Shown: positions 1-10,129 of the stretch, one piece after another
How the letters are laid out: each line of letters begins with the position of its first letter
Position numbering within the stretch: position 1 is the first letter of the stretch
Virus record (IMG/VR): IMGVR_UViG_3300014205_000174
Length of the DNA: 64,000 bases
Reading direction: 5' to 3' (one strand)
Origin: a virus
Lineage: Duplodnaviria; Caudoviricetes
The notes under the pieces: model-generated
Told to the model about the DNA's origin: nothing
Database searches by the model: none
Seen by the model: only the letters and a program-made list of their open reading frames with translations
Translations under genes and position numbers: made by a program

Positions 1-12
1 TTATGTATACAG

Positions 13-792
13 TTAGCTTATTCCATTTTGATAAAACACATGGTCTCTTGGCCATACCTGGTGGAATGATATGCGACCATCCTGATTCAACACGTTCACA
101 TTTACATATCCAGGCAAGTCGCAGGTTGCTATATGATATTCTGCACCGTCTATGGCGTAGGCCTTACCTTTTATCAGGTAAATGTTTGCCGGTCTTATTT
201 TTGTACGCCCAGCTCCTTTCCTGTAATAGCCATTGCCTATTTTGACCCTGTTAGCAATATCCTTCGCGGTAACCGCATCGGACATTGGCTCATGGCTAGC
301 CTCCGTATACATCTCATGCATATCACGTATGCACTGGTGAAATTCCATTTTCCCTTTATTATTTATTGCGTTTATATTCACAAACCCAGGCAGTGAGCAG
401 GAAACTCTATTGTATCTAGTTAAATCTTTAGCGTACAGTTTACCCTTTATCATATAAACACCCTTCTGTACAGAATCAACGGATTCCCTGCTGTTGCTTA
501 TTGGGAAATAAGTACTCCCTACTTTTATTTTATTAGCTATATCCTGTTCCGTTACATTAACAGGCGCAGCTATTGAATTGTATTTATCTACGGCCTCCTT
601 TCTCTGCATGTAATTAAATGGATACGCTTCAGGATTCGAGCTATTATGCACTACAACCTCAAGGTAGCATGTACCCTTCCATGGATTAGCAACAACGCAC
701 AAATCCTTGTTTACCAACCCACGTGCAGATTGTATATAAGTGCGTACTTCTCCGGGGATATCGGTTATGTCTATTTTTTTTGGTGACGACAT
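13..792 (-). CDS. hypothetical protein with an internal tandem domain duplication
   Basis: 259-aa ORF with two copies of DIANxxKxG..Y...YxIKGKxYAxD...CxLPGxVNxNxxNxxGxxxFHQ. Confidence 0.75.
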   Translation of the reverse strand: MSSPKKIDITDIPGEVRTYIQSARGLVNKDLCVVANPWKGTCYLEVVVHNSSNPEAYPFNYMQRKEAVDKYNSIAAPVNVTEQDIANKIKVGSTYFPISNSRESVDSVQKGVYMIKGKLYAKDLTRYNRVSCSLPGFVNINAINNKGKMEFHQCIRDMHEMYTEASHEPMSDAVTAKDIANRVKIGNGYYRKGAGRTKIRPANIYLIKGKAYAIDGAEYHIATCDLPGYVNVNVLNQDGRISFHQVWPRDHVFYQNGIS

Positions 793-1001
793 TATTTTTG
801 ATTTTTATCTGTATCAGGAATTACTTTTTCTACTTTAATGATGGAGCAACCGGTATTGAATCTCTTAAACTTACTTCTGGCCCAGTTTTCGGATGTGGCC
901 GCAATCCGGTAAGGCTTAACCGCAGGCACACCGTATTTTTTATAAAACACGTCGTAATCCGGGTAGGTATTCTCTTTCTTTTCAGGAGCTTTATTTTGCA
1001 T
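792..1001 (-). CDS. hypothetical protein
   Basis: 69-aa ORF coupled to its neighbours. Confidence 0.6.
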   Translation of the reverse strand: MQNKAPEKKENTYPDYDVFYKKYGVPAVKPYRIAATSENWARSKFKRFNTGCSIIKVEKVIPDTDKNQK

Positions 1002-1572
1002 GCTTTTCTTTTATCGCACGAATTGCCATATCCCTTAGCTGGTCTAAAATGACGCTGGTCTTATACTTGCCGCCAGATAGTACTCCCACTTCAGTCAAGG
1101 CATCCTGGTATATCTGCTCTACTTCAGCGAGCTCCTTATTCATGGCGGCAACATCATCGGGCAATTCACTTAAATCTTCACACCCCACCTCTACTTCAAT
1201 AGTATCCCCATAGTTGCCGCCTCTGGCAATCCACGATTCTACATCACGTAAACTTATTGGAGACAAATCCTTATGTATAAACCCGTATGACGCCACTACT
1301 TTTTCCCACGCTGCATATATTATAGGTAGATGCCCACCTACTCGCACACGCTTCTTTACGGTCAAAACACCATTCTGCATGCCATAATACCAGTGACCTT
1401 CCATCACCTGGGCCTCTATATCAACTAGCACCATATTCATAGCCTGGTTACCAAGGTCATGCTTGCCAGCTATTGCCGGTTTACCTCCGACCATTATAAT
1501 ATCACCCGCCCTATTGGTAATATTCTCATAGCTCATAGGTACGAGCCGAACATAATACCTTTTTTTAGCCAT
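991..1572 (-). CDS. hypothetical phage protein (paralogous to 2285-3205 and 3207-3680)
   Basis: Shared VxAxY...IxxxDVxxWIxxG segment; sigma54 motif directly upstream. Confidence 0.7.
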   Translation of the reverse strand: MAKKRYYVRLVPMSYENITNRAGDIIMVGGKPAIAGKHDLGNQAMNMVLVDIEAQVMEGHWYYGMQNGVLTVKKRVRVGGHLPIIYAAWEKVVASYGFIHKDLSPISLRDVESWIARGGNYGDTIEVEVGCEDLSELPDDVAAMNKELAEVEQIYQDALTEVGVLSGGKYKTSVILDQLRDMAIRAIKEKHAK

Positions 1573-1592
1573 TGCTTGTTTTTTACCTGTAG

Positions 1593-1609
1593 TGCAATTT
1601 GCGTGCCAA
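1593..1609 (-). promoter_or_regulatory. sigma54-type -24/-12 promoter
   Basis: TTGGCACGCAAATTGCA, 20 bp upstream of ATG 1572. Confidence 0.8.
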
Positions 1610-1622
1610 ATTAGTTTTGCAA

Positions 1623-1796
1623 TCAGTTAGTGAGCGAATATTCTACCGTAGCATATGGCCGGTCATTAGGCCCTATAATCAATGACCCAGAGACCATACC
1701 TGCATGTATCTGCTCTACGACAACCTTACATACGTTTTCTAAGGTCAAATCGCTACCAGGCTCAATATTCATTTTTATTGTTAAAATATTTTCCAT
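1623..1796 (-). CDS. small hypothetical protein (57 aa, MENILTIKMN...)
   Basis: Translated manually; lies downstream of the sigma54 motif at 1822. Confidence 0.6.
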   Translation of the reverse strand: MENILTIKMNIEPGSDLTLENVCKVVVEQIHAGMVSGSLIIGPNDRPYATVEYSLTN

Positions 1797-1821
1797 TATC
1801 TGTTATTCTTTCCCTATATAG

Positions 1822-1838
1822 AGCAATTCCCGTGCCAA
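1822..1838 (-). promoter_or_regulatory. sigma54-type promoter (leftward member of a divergent pair)
   Basis: TTGGCACGGGAATTGCT. Confidence 0.8.
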
Positions 1839-1872
1839 ATAAAAAACTAAGTTTTTATTCTCTACCTATAAT

Positions 1873-1889
1873 CTGGCATGCAAATTGCA
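1873..1889 (+). promoter_or_regulatory. sigma54-type promoter (rightward member of a divergent pair)
   Basis: CTGGCATGCAAATTGCA upstream of ATG 1929. Confidence 0.75.
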
Positions 1890-1928
1890 TTACAGCCAAT
1901 ACATTCACAGTTTAGTAAATTTCATTTT

Positions 1929-2222
1929 ATGCCAGCATATGCATATCCAATAATAATTAAGAGGGAGCCGCAATTGGTTAGATTTCAGAAAGAAATAGAA
2001 CTAGGTAGCGGGAGCGATGGCGTGCTGACATTAGCCAAACTCCGTGAGTATGGCGTTACGGAAGAGCACGCATTTTGGACGCGCGAAACAGATGAAGGGC
2101 TGTATAGCACGACTCTTTTGATAATATCAGGGGCGAGGCTGGAAACACCCGAAGAGTTAAAAATAAGGGTTGAGAAAGAAGAGGCCTATATGGCTGAATA
2201 CAACAAGAGAAAGGCTATATAA
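1929..2222 (+). CDS. hypothetical protein
   Basis: ORF; start moved to ATG 1929, downstream of the promoter. Confidence 0.65.
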   Translation: MPAYAYPIIIKREPQLVRFQKEIELGSGSDGVLTLAKLREYGVTEEHAFWTRETDEGLYSTTLLIISGARLETPEELKIRVEKEEAYMAEYNKRKAI

Positions 2223-2242
2223 AAAACGCGATAGTAAATATT

Positions 2243-2259
2243 TTGGCACGCAAATTGCA
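2243..2259 (+). promoter_or_regulatory. sigma54-type promoter
   Basis: TTGGCACGCAAATTGCA upstream of ATG 2285. Confidence 0.8.
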
Positions 2260-2284
2260 TTACAGGAAATATATCTCAAATCAA

Positions 2285-3205
2285 ATGCACGAATTTATTT
2301 TAATACCAAACGATGGTATGCTACCGGAAGTCAACGATATCGTCAAAAGGGTCAAGGCGACTGGTATCAAGCGTTTTGACAAAGAGTCGCCTGTGGACAC
2401 CGTATCTATATCTACATGGAGCGCCGAGGCCGACAGCGGCACCCACTCACCAATGAACCTGCTGATTGTAGATACAAATTCCGATATTCAGGAGGGGGAT
2501 GTTTGTATGGAGGCCAGAACTGGCTATATAGGCCGCGCGTTCTTGCCTAAAAATGACGGTACAGTATCTGACGAAGTGTACAAAACTCTTATAGAGATAC
2601 AGTATTATAGCCATTATACCAGTGCTGGCTTTATCGGCAAGGCCGACCACTTTAAAGTAATTGCATCTTACCAGCCCATTATTGTGGAAGACATGGTAAT
2701 AAACGACCTCCCATCAATCCGGCTATCTGATGTACGCACATGGATAGATGCCGGTTGCCCAAAAGAGGCGTCGCTAGAATGTTTGATTAGCCCGAATCCG
2801 GCAGAGGATTTTAAACTTCAACCGAAAATCACAGACGGTCATGTAACAATTATCTGGCCATTGGAAGTCATGTTTGGTGGGCCATTACCGGATAAGCTAA
2901 AAGACTCCGCCGGTGCACCGCGAGCAAATAACACAGCGCAAGCATTACAAAACCAGGCGCACAACAGAGCAGACAGGACACCACCAAATAAATTATACTG
3001 GCTACCCATACCCGCCGAAAGAAAGAGCAATGAGCTGGAGATAGTATTAGCAAAGGACTCTGCAACAAATGGTACGCTTGTAGGCCGCCTTAAAAAAGAT
3101 GGCAATAGCTGGTATTGCGATAGCGGCAACAGATGGATGCATGCAGATGTATATATTCCAATGGAATACCTCACCTCTTTACCAACAAAAGAAACACAAT
3201 CATAA
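2285..3205 (+). CDS. hypothetical phage protein
   Basis: Long ORF; the tracked TTG start at 2243 is the promoter itself; shares WIxxGCPK motif with the next gene. Confidence 0.75.
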   Translation: MHEFILIPNDGMLPEVNDIVKRVKATGIKRFDKESPVDTVSISTWSAEADSGTHSPMNLLIVDTNSDIQEGDVCMEARTGYIGRAFLPKNDGTVSDEVYKTLIEIQYYSHYTSAGFIGKADHFKVIASYQPIIVEDMVINDLPSIRLSDVRTWIDAGCPKEASLECLISPNPAEDFKLQPKITDGHVTIIWPLEVMFGGPLPDKLKDSAGAPRANNTAQALQNQAHNRADRTPPNKLYWLPIPAERKSNELEIVLAKDSATNGTLVGRLKKDGNSWYCDSGNRWMHADVYIPMEYLTSLPTKETQS

Positions 3206-3206
3206 A

Positions 3207-3680
3207 ATGAACGAACAATACTCAATACAACCCATACCGATTGAACACAAATACTGTGCTATAGGGGAGCGGATATTTGCCTTTGACAAAACACTTGATA
3301 AGTGGGCATATAATTACCTCGACAAATTATCACATACTGAAATACCTCAGCGCTTTCTTGTGACGTCCGATGACCCGTTAGCCTTTGGCGGCTATGTATT
3401 GACGGAAAGCGGCGAGTTACATAAGCGCAGGCAATCTGACACCGATAGATTTGTCTTAGCTGCATACCCTGCATTACCAGGTATGCGCTTAATTAGCGAC
3501 TGGGATGTTAATAAGTGGATAGAGGAGGGCTGTCCCAAGAAAATACTTTTGGAGGTAAAAAGCCTGCATGTCCCAACCGATTCTGATACAGAATACGAAT
3601 CAGCAGACACCATGAAGAAATGGAATCGCATAACGCCAAAACTTAACCAAAATCACATCATCTGTATATGGATGCAATAG
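3207..3680 (+). CDS. hypothetical phage protein
   Basis: Paralogous C-terminal segment (VLAAYP...DVNKWIEEGCPK). Confidence 0.7.
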   Translation: MNEQYSIQPIPIEHKYCAIGERIFAFDKTLDKWAYNYLDKLSHTEIPQRFLVTSDDPLAFGGYVLTESGELHKRRQSDTDRFVLAAYPALPGMRLISDWDVNKWIEEGCPKKILLEVKSLHVPTDSDTEYESADTMKKWNRITPKLNQNHIICIWMQ

Positions 3681-3886
3681 TTGTAACCTACCGTAATAAT
3701 GGCTCCAACAATGGAGCCGGCGACTACCACGCCTGTTTCGAAAACGATACCGCAACGTGGGAATGCGGAAGAACGTCCGACGAGACCATAGGGAAGCTAA
3801 TGCGGTCTACGCAGCAGAGAACCGGTATAAAAATAGTTGACGCAGGCCCATTGAAACGAATCCCGGAAAGTCTTTTTAAAAAATAA
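3668..3886 (+). CDS. hypothetical protein
   Basis: 72-aa ORF in operon. Confidence 0.6.
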   Translation: MDAIVVTYRNNGSNNGAGDYHACFENDTATWECGRTSDETIGKLMRSTQQRTGIKIVDAGPLKRIPESLFKK

Positions 3887-3913
3887 TATGTAAACCAATA
3901 AAAAACACTGAAA

Positions 3914-4240
3914 ATGGACGCTATATCTGAAGCTGAATTGAAAAACCTGAGAACACAAGTGACATTACTTACGGACATAAACAAATGCTACTCGGATGTA
4001 ATGTACTGTATTGTTACGGCAGCATCACAGGCGCTGTCGGGCGAAAACGGCATAAATTATGACGGCTTGTATATTTCTCAGGCAGATGGCGACATTTCTT
4101 TACCGGTGAAAGACTTCAAAAAAATGAAAATATTGCTTGAGATTTTAGCAACCCGTAAAAATCATGATGAAATACCTGGCGCAAAGAGCGAGATTACGAA
4201 AATAAACCTGCTCACAAAGGTACTTGCACAATTACAATAA
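3914..4240 (+). CDS. hypothetical protein
   Basis: 108-aa ORF in operon. Confidence 0.65.
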   Translation: MDAISEAELKNLRTQVTLLTDINKCYSDVMYCIVTAASQALSGENGINYDGLYISQADGDISLPVKDFKKMKILLEILATRKNHDEIPGAKSEITKINLLTKVLAQLQ

Positions 4241-4402
4241 CAAAATAAACACGCACATGAAACAATTCAAATTATTGCACGTCGCCTTATACGCAAAAGG
4301 CCATTATGCACTAAGATACATGGACATGACCGAACTGGGAATTACTGAATTCCCTAAACCATCAATACCAGCATTATTTATACCAAAGCACAACCAATAA
4401 TC

Positions 4403-5614
4403 ATGAACATAACCATATTCGGCAAAGAAATAATAGATGAATCGACCATCATCCAGTTGCAAAACTGCATGGTAGATAATGCAATAGGCGTAATTACCGC
4501 CGACGCCCATAAGGGCTACTCCATGCCGGTTGGCGGGTGCATAGCCTACAAGGATATGATATCCCCGTCAGGCGTCGGATATGATATCGCATGTGGAAAT
4601 ATGGCCGTGCAAACCAATGTACTGGCCTCAGACATTAATGCCAGCCATGTAATGAATGAGATTGCACGACTTATATCTTTTGGTGTGGGCCGCCCAAACA
4701 ATGAGCCGGTAGACCATGAGGTGCTTGATAAGATATCTCAATCGAACTTTGCACCACAGCGCAAAATGGCACAGTTGGCCAAGAGCCAGTTGGGTACCGT
4801 CGGAAGCGGGAATCATTTCGTAGATATTTTCAAAGACGAAAATGGCTTAATCTGGATAGGCGTACACTTCGGCTCCCGTGGCTTCGGCCATAAGACAGCG
4901 TCAGGGTTTATGTCCATGGCCCAGGGGCTTGATTTCGATGAACGTGCCAAAGGCGAGTCCATGGATGCGCCACCTACGCTTTTCGCCACCAATACAGAAC
5001 TGGGGCAAGCTTATATAGACGCTATGAACCTTTGCGGGGAATACGCCTATGCGGGCCGGGAGACCGTTATCAATAAAGTATTGGGCATACTGGGTAATCC
5101 GGAAGTTACTTTCTCCGTACACAACCACCATAATTTCGCATGGAAGGAAAACCACTTTGGTGAAGACTACTGGGTAGTACGAAAAGGATGCACACCTGCC
5201 TTTCCAGGCCAACGAGGTTTTATCGGGGCCAACATGCGCGACATATCCGTTATCGTGGAAGGTGTAGATACGGAACAATCCCGTAATGGCCTGTATTCTA
5301 CCGTACACGGAGCGGGCCGCATTTTATCGCGCACACAGGCTGCCGGAAAGAAGAAGTGGGTCAAGGGGGCGGATGGCAAAAAAAAGCCCGTAACGGTTGG
5401 CAAGGGCGTTATTGACTTTGACCAGGTACGTCACGAACTCACAGAACGCAATGTTGAATTACGCGGAGCTGGTGCCGATGAGGCCCCCGGATGTTACAAG
5501 AACCTGTCAGACGTCTTAGCCTACCAAGGAGACACAATCAAGATACTGCATAAGCTTACGCCAATTGGCGTGGCCATGGCCGGAGGTAATGAATTTGACC
5601 CTTATAAAGACTAA
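4403..5614 (+). CDS. rtcB: RtcB-family RNA ligase
   Basis: Motifs DAHxGYxxPVGG, GVGYDIACG, LGTVGSGNHF, HFGSRGFG, HNHHN, RKG, HGAGR, DEAPxxYK. Confidence 0.95.
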   Translation: MNITIFGKEIIDESTIIQLQNCMVDNAIGVITADAHKGYSMPVGGCIAYKDMISPSGVGYDIACGNMAVQTNVLASDINASHVMNEIARLISFGVGRPNNEPVDHEVLDKISQSNFAPQRKMAQLAKSQLGTVGSGNHFVDIFKDENGLIWIGVHFGSRGFGHKTASGFMSMAQGLDFDERAKGESMDAPPTLFATNTELGQAYIDAMNLCGEYAYAGRETVINKVLGILGNPEVTFSVHNHHNFAWKENHFGEDYWVVRKGCTPAFPGQRGFIGANMRDISVIVEGVDTEQSRNGLYSTVHGAGRILSRTQAAGKKKWVKGADGKKKPVTVGKGVIDFDQVRHELTERNVELRGAGADEAPGCYKNLSDVLAYQGDTIKILHKLTPIGVAMAGGNEFDPYKD

Positions 5615-5617
5615 GAT

Positions 5618-6055
5618 ATGCCTTACAAAGAACCATTAACGATAACAATCAAAGAGCTACATGATAACTTCAGGAAGTTAATTCTTGAGGACAGGGCCAA
5701 AGGATTTAAAATAGGTGGGTTTGGGGAATTATATTGGAATGCATTTCCTGTCAGCAAGCTTAAATATGCTTCATATATCTCCGCTTCTATAAAAAAGAAC
5801 TGTAAAAGCCTTTATTGTTGCAGGTCACGCAGGAATTATAAAGGGAAATATGACCCTATTTTTATAAACAAAAACCAGAAGGTAACAATATACTATTACA
5901 AAAGAGTATCAAAAAAGATAGATTCCTTGTTTGAAAGAAAGATAGCTTTATACGATATGCCGCCTTTTCTGGCTATGGGCGTACTTGCGCTATTAGGTCT
6001 GGGTCATTTTATGAAGTTAAAAAACAAAGCAATCAATGAGCCATCAGGACTTTAA
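5618..6055 (+). CDS. hypothetical protein with C-terminal hydrophobic segment
   Basis: 145-aa ORF. Confidence 0.6.
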   Translation: MPYKEPLTITIKELHDNFRKLILEDRAKGFKIGGFGELYWNAFPVSKLKYASYISASIKKNCKSLYCCRSRRNYKGKYDPIFINKNQKVTIYYYKRVSKKIDSLFERKIALYDMPPFLAMGVLALLGLGHFMKLKNKAINEPSGL

Positions 6056-6416
6056 GTTAGCGCAGGATATACAATCCGCATTCATGTCTATAGGCCACTC
6101 AGCTATTAACGCTGATTTTGCCTGCAAGCTGCTTGCCTATACATATGTAATGGGTGGCGGCAACAAAGCAGTTGTATTAAACCCTGCAATGAATGCTGGC
6201 ATAGGTATGGCCACGCAGCTATTGAACCTGAAAGGTGGCGAAATCCCCAACGCTGATTTATTGCCTAATTTGCAGCAACGAATTGCCGAACTGGAGGAAG
6301 ATATGGAGAATACTGCCTGGCTGCCTGAAATAGGCGAGCGATATCACCTGACTATAAAATACGGCACCTATGTTAAACCAGTAAAGAAACCAAATGACAA
6401 AGAAAACCGAAAATAA
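6036..6416 (+). CDS. hypothetical protein
   Basis: 126-aa ORF. Confidence 0.65.
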   Translation: MSHQDFKLAQDIQSAFMSIGHSAINADFACKLLAYTYVMGGGNKAVVLNPAMNAGIGMATQLLNLKGGEIPNADLLPNLQQRIAELEEDMENTAWLPEIGERYHLTIKYGTYVKPVKKPNDKENRK

Positions 6417-6741
6417 AATTAATGAAATAATTACCCAGGTAACAGGGAAGATTTCCAGGCTCGAATGCGATGGCGCTACCAGAGTGCTTGCCCACCTGCT
6501 GACAAGGAATGAGATACAGCATTCAGTCATGGTTGGCAGTGCCTCTATGGGTGAAATCCACATCCCCGTACACTACTGGATTGTCATCGATGGTAAAATA
6601 TTGGACTTAAAAGCGAAAATGTGGTTTGGAGATAAGGCTACCGAAGGTATCTTTGCAGGCAGCCCGGTACAATATAATGGGCGAGCTATAGAGATGAAGA
6701 CGTCTGAGACTGTTTTTAATATTTTAATGAGAAATAGTTAA
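6394..6741 (+). CDS. possible transglutaminase/papain-like small protein
   Basis: Cys (ECDG), His (HYWI) and Asp (ILD) spaced like a transglutaminase-like triad. Confidence 0.4.
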   Translation: MTKKTENKINEIITQVTGKISRLECDGATRVLAHLLTRNEIQHSVMVGSASMGEIHIPVHYWIVIDGKILDLKAKMWFGDKATEGIFAGSPVQYNGRAIEMKTSETVFNILMRNS

Positions 6742-6752
6742 ACAAAACCAAC

Positions 6753-6941
6753 ATGCAAATAAAATTCAAAGAATACAATGAGGGCAATAAGCCGCAAAGA
6801 GGGGACATCTGCCTGTGCAAATGTCCTGGCTTTTGTGAAGAGGGCGTAATCACAGCCGAGTACACTAGAGATGGCTTTGTGTTTTCCGGACACGGGAACA
6901 TTGACAGGTACGTTACCGCTTACGTTGTTTTAGACCTTTAA
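6753..6941 (+). CDS. hypothetical protein
   Basis: 62-aa ORF in operon. Confidence 0.55.
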   Translation: MQIKFKEYNEGNKPQRGDICLCKCPGFCEEGVITAEYTRDGFVFSGHGNIDRYVTAYVVLDL

Positions 6942-6954
6942 AACCAACAATAAC

Positions 6955-7650
6955 TTGACCGACACAAGCACATACCCTGCGCATAGCGCCTACCAGAACC
7001 TCAGTCCCGATACCATGCCGGGAGAGGTATGGCATCACATGCGCACAGCACGGCTGTACAAGTTGTTTGACAAGCTGAATGTCGAAGTATATATTTCTAG
7101 CTATGGCCGTGTAAAGCAGGATAAAAAAGGGAAAGCCACCATACTGAAGCAAAAAACAAACAGCGACAAGTATTTATATGTCGTAATCGGCGCAACAAAG
7201 ATAGACATCACGCAAATGGTGGCAATAGCCTACGTGGCCAACCCGTTCGACCTTCCGGAAAGAACCCACATCAATGGGGTAAAAACAGACAACCGGAGAG
7301 ACAATATCCAATGGTGCGCCAGTAATTCGGACGACATCCTGCAACCGTACATTACCGGGCAGTATAAGAAGATACCGGTGATATCGAAAGGCACGGCAGT
7401 TGTAAAACTTGGTTATTACCGGGCAGAGCACCATCGCCTTGCTGTATATAAAACTATAAAAGAAGCCGCCGAGGCCAACAGGCTACCTGATAATAAAATA
7501 TCTGGCGCATGTTTGTCCGGGAAAACGCATGAAGGTTTCTACTGGATGCACCTGCGGGATTACCTTACCGGTAATGCGACATTTATCAGGCAGGCAAAGT
7601 ATATTACCAACGAGAACAAGCATATTTGGTTAAAAGTTGCCGGGGAATAG
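6955..7650 (+). CDS. NUMOD4-HNH-NUMOD1 homing endonuclease-like protein
   Basis: GEVW...YISSYGRVK (NUMOD4); HINGVKTDNRRDNIQW (HNH); YKTIKEAAE...ISGAC...GFYW (NUMOD1). Confidence 0.8.
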   Translation: MTDTSTYPAHSAYQNLSPDTMPGEVWHHMRTARLYKLFDKLNVEVYISSYGRVKQDKKGKATILKQKTNSDKYLYVVIGATKIDITQMVAIAYVANPFDLPERTHINGVKTDNRRDNIQWCASNSDDILQPYITGQYKKIPVISKGTAVVKLGYYRAEHHRLAVYKTIKEAAEANRLPDNKISGACLSGKTHEGFYWMHLRDYLTGNATFIRQAKYITNENKHIWLKVAGE

Positions 7651-7653
7651 CCA

Positions 7654-7956
7654 GTGGAAATAGACATAACTCCTCATCAAAGCCTGATAGGCAGAATTGC
7701 GAAACTGACGAAATATGGTGCGTTGTTGAGTAAAGAATATGAGGAATTATTTAAAATTGGAAACCCTGATTCAGATTACCGGGTTTATCAATATTGCCAC
7801 ATGGGCGGCAGATACGAAATGAGCCTTATGTTTATAGATGAACCGTCGTTTAAAATATCTGGCGTTACATTTTTTTGTTTGAAGGAAATTGGAGTGCAGG
7901 CATGCGGAGACTGGCACTGGTACTCGTTAAATCAACTTATTTTTTGTAAAGAATAA
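7654..7956 (+). CDS. hypothetical protein
   Basis: 100-aa ORF. Confidence 0.6.
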   Translation: MEIDITPHQSLIGRIAKLTKYGALLSKEYEELFKIGNPDSDYRVYQYCHMGGRYEMSLMFIDEPSFKISGVTFFCLKEIGVQACGDWHWYSLNQLIFCKE

Positions 7957-7970
7957 ACAATTAAGAAACT

Positions 7971-8462
7971 ATGATACTGGCAAGCGATTTAAGAGTAGGC
8001 AATAAATTCAGGGGCGTGGCGGGCGTACAAACCGTTTTGTCCATTGAGGATAACACCAACAGGAATACCCTCACCTATGTGGATGAAAACCATAAATTAA
8101 TGTACTCCCACCTTATCCTGTGTCTGGAGAACGAAAACCAATATAAGCCCTGCGAGATAGAGGGTATTGAGCTTACTGATGAAATATTGATGCAATATGG
8201 GTTTATAGGCGGTGGGCTGCATTCGTTTACTGGCATGTATCTCGAATGTAGTGACCATCCGAGAATATACAAGCATATTAGTATTAACTACAACAATGAC
8301 AAAAGCTATCCGCAGTATTATGCTTTCATGCGCGAAGGCAGAAAGGATGAGCCAAGAGAAAGCGATGGGGTGGTTTGTCTGCGAAGTGATTTAAGGTACT
8401 TACACCAGCTTCAAAACCTTTTTTACACCATTAATGGGACTGAATTACAAATCAAACTATAA
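7971..8462 (+). CDS. ELRxGN...HQLQNL family phage protein (copy 1 of 5)
   Basis: N-terminal LRVGN, central IELT, C-terminal YLHQLQNLFY..GTEL. Confidence 0.75.
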   Translation: MILASDLRVGNKFRGVAGVQTVLSIEDNTNRNTLTYVDENHKLMYSHLILCLENENQYKPCEIEGIELTDEILMQYGFIGGGLHSFTGMYLECSDHPRIYKHISINYNNDKSYPQYYAFMREGRKDEPRESDGVVCLRSDLRYLHQLQNLFYTINGTELQIKL

Positions 8463-8663
8463 TTATGAAATACATTGCTACAATAATAAGATTGCTTGGC
8501 GCTGTAGCTTCTTTGTTTTTGCTTCATTTGGTATGGCTGAGCAATAAAGAATGCAGAATAACGTACCAGGAAATACACAAGGTCTATAAAGGGCATTATG
8601 ACTCTACGAAAAACACCCCTATGCAAATAAGAAGTGGGTATTTCAAATAACTCAACCTATACC

Positions 8664-9029
8664 ATGCCTGACATCAAACCTGTACTAATTGGAAGCGGGA
8701 AAGGTACTTCGGTGGCCACGCTCGGGCCACAGGCTCCATTTATGGACGCTCATGGTGTACCGAGTGGCATACTGGAACGAGGCATACTACTAATTGAGGG
8801 GCCTGATTTCCCTGATTCGCAAATAATGACAGCAGGCTGCCTGAATTTAATGCTGGGTTCTATTGAGCACATAAACCCATCCAGGGTAGTAATGCCTAAC
8901 CCGCTCCCTGCAATTGAGATACAGGATAGTAAAACAACAAAAGCTCGTTATCCGCCATTCATTGACACCGTGCCTGGCGCATTCAAAAAGAAAAACCAGC
9001 GGCAAAAACGAAAGAGAAACAAATGGTAA
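8664..9029 (+). CDS. hypothetical protein with basic C-terminus
   Basis: ORF in operon. Confidence 0.55.
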   Translation: MPDIKPVLIGSGKGTSVATLGPQAPFMDAHGVPSGILERGILLIEGPDFPDSQIMTAGCLNLMLGSIEHINPSRVVMPNPLPAIEIQDSKTTKARYPPFIDTVPGAFKKKNQRQKRKRNKW

Positions 9030-9904
9030 ACAAAGAGGCATTCAAATATAAAAACCGCATTACTTCCTTATTCGGCATTATCATTCCGCCACGGAAGAAA
9101 AAAGTATACAAGGGATACCTGACCGTGCATTTTGTGCTAGAGAACACCCTGCCCAGTAAAAAGAATCAGTGGATAGCCGGCAACAACTTTAAGTTTCTCA
9201 AGTCAAAGGTAGACAAGACGAAGCCCGTCGAGGAGGTATTACAGCTTATAGAAGATAATTTAAAGGCATACATACGCCCTAACAACAACTACCTTGCTTT
9301 TGTCGCACGGACTATTCCCATCCTGGTAGAACAGGCAAGCTATTGGCACAAGAAATATGCTAAGTACGGATTGTCATTCCCTATAGACGCCTGCACCAGC
9401 TCCATATATTTCTACTGGGGCAACAACATGGGCCGCGATAGTACAAATAAGGCGGAAACAATTCATGACCTTTTAGTGGATTCCGGTATCATAAAAGATG
9501 ATACCTGGCAGAAATTAACACCTATTCACCTTGACGGTGAAGACTACCACGGCACCGTACTAAATAACATCATCTGCATTGACCTGACAGTAAAATTTGA
9601 TAAATCACTGAAGGAACTGGCCGAAATACATAAACACACCCAGCCGCAAGAGACTACCATAACTCCAAAGGTGAAAAAGTCAAAGAGAAAGAAAAAATCA
9701 CAATACGGCATTGAGAATCCAGACCTGATTACACTCGGTTGGTATGGATACACCTATTCTGAGATAGATGACGGGGAAACCGCCATAGATTGCACCCCAG
9801 ACCCTAAAGAATGGACGCTTGCACAGAAAGAAGCATTACGCGCAATGGGGTACAACACGGATATATTAGAAACATTTTACCTAAAAAAGGGTTTGAAGGA
9901 GTAA
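9023..9904 (+). CDS. RusA-like Holliday junction resolvase domain protein
   Basis: LPSKKN and RDSTNKAETIHDLLVDSGIIKDD resemble the RusA D-x-x-N...D...DD motif. Confidence 0.6.
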   Translation: MVNKEAFKYKNRITSLFGIIIPPRKKKVYKGYLTVHFVLENTLPSKKNQWIAGNNFKFLKSKVDKTKPVEEVLQLIEDNLKAYIRPNNNYLAFVARTIPILVEQASYWHKKYAKYGLSFPIDACTSSIYFYWGNNMGRDSTNKAETIHDLLVDSGIIKDDTWQKLTPIHLDGEDYHGTVLNNIICIDLTVKFDKSLKELAEIHKHTQPQETTITPKVKKSKRKKKSQYGIENPDLITLGWYGYTYSEIDDGETAIDCTPDPKEWTLAQKEALRAMGYNTDILETFYLKKGLKE

Positions 9905-9935
9905 AATCAAAAAAAACTTAGTTTACCTTGCTAAT

Positions 9936-9952
9936 TTGGCACGCCATTTGCT
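9936..9952 (+). promoter_or_regulatory. sigma54-type promoter
   Basis: TTGGCACGCCATTTGCT upstream of ATG 9976. Confidence 0.8.
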
Positions 9953-10129
9953 TTACAGTATCCAAACAAGCATTTATGGCTATATTATTCTTTTTTGCAC
10001 TTATAGCATCGGTATTAACAATTTATATAACAATCGAGCTCATTTTTCAAAAAAAATGCACCTTGGTGGGAGCTGGCCATAGTTCACTAATTCACAGAAA
10101 AGTATAGAAATCCACTTTTCCCATGTTTA

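Noticed and set aside
2243-2284. TTG starts at 2243, 52963 and 60688 and ATG at 1878 from the ORF track
   Set aside because: They coincide with or precede promoter motifs; downstream ATGs fit better
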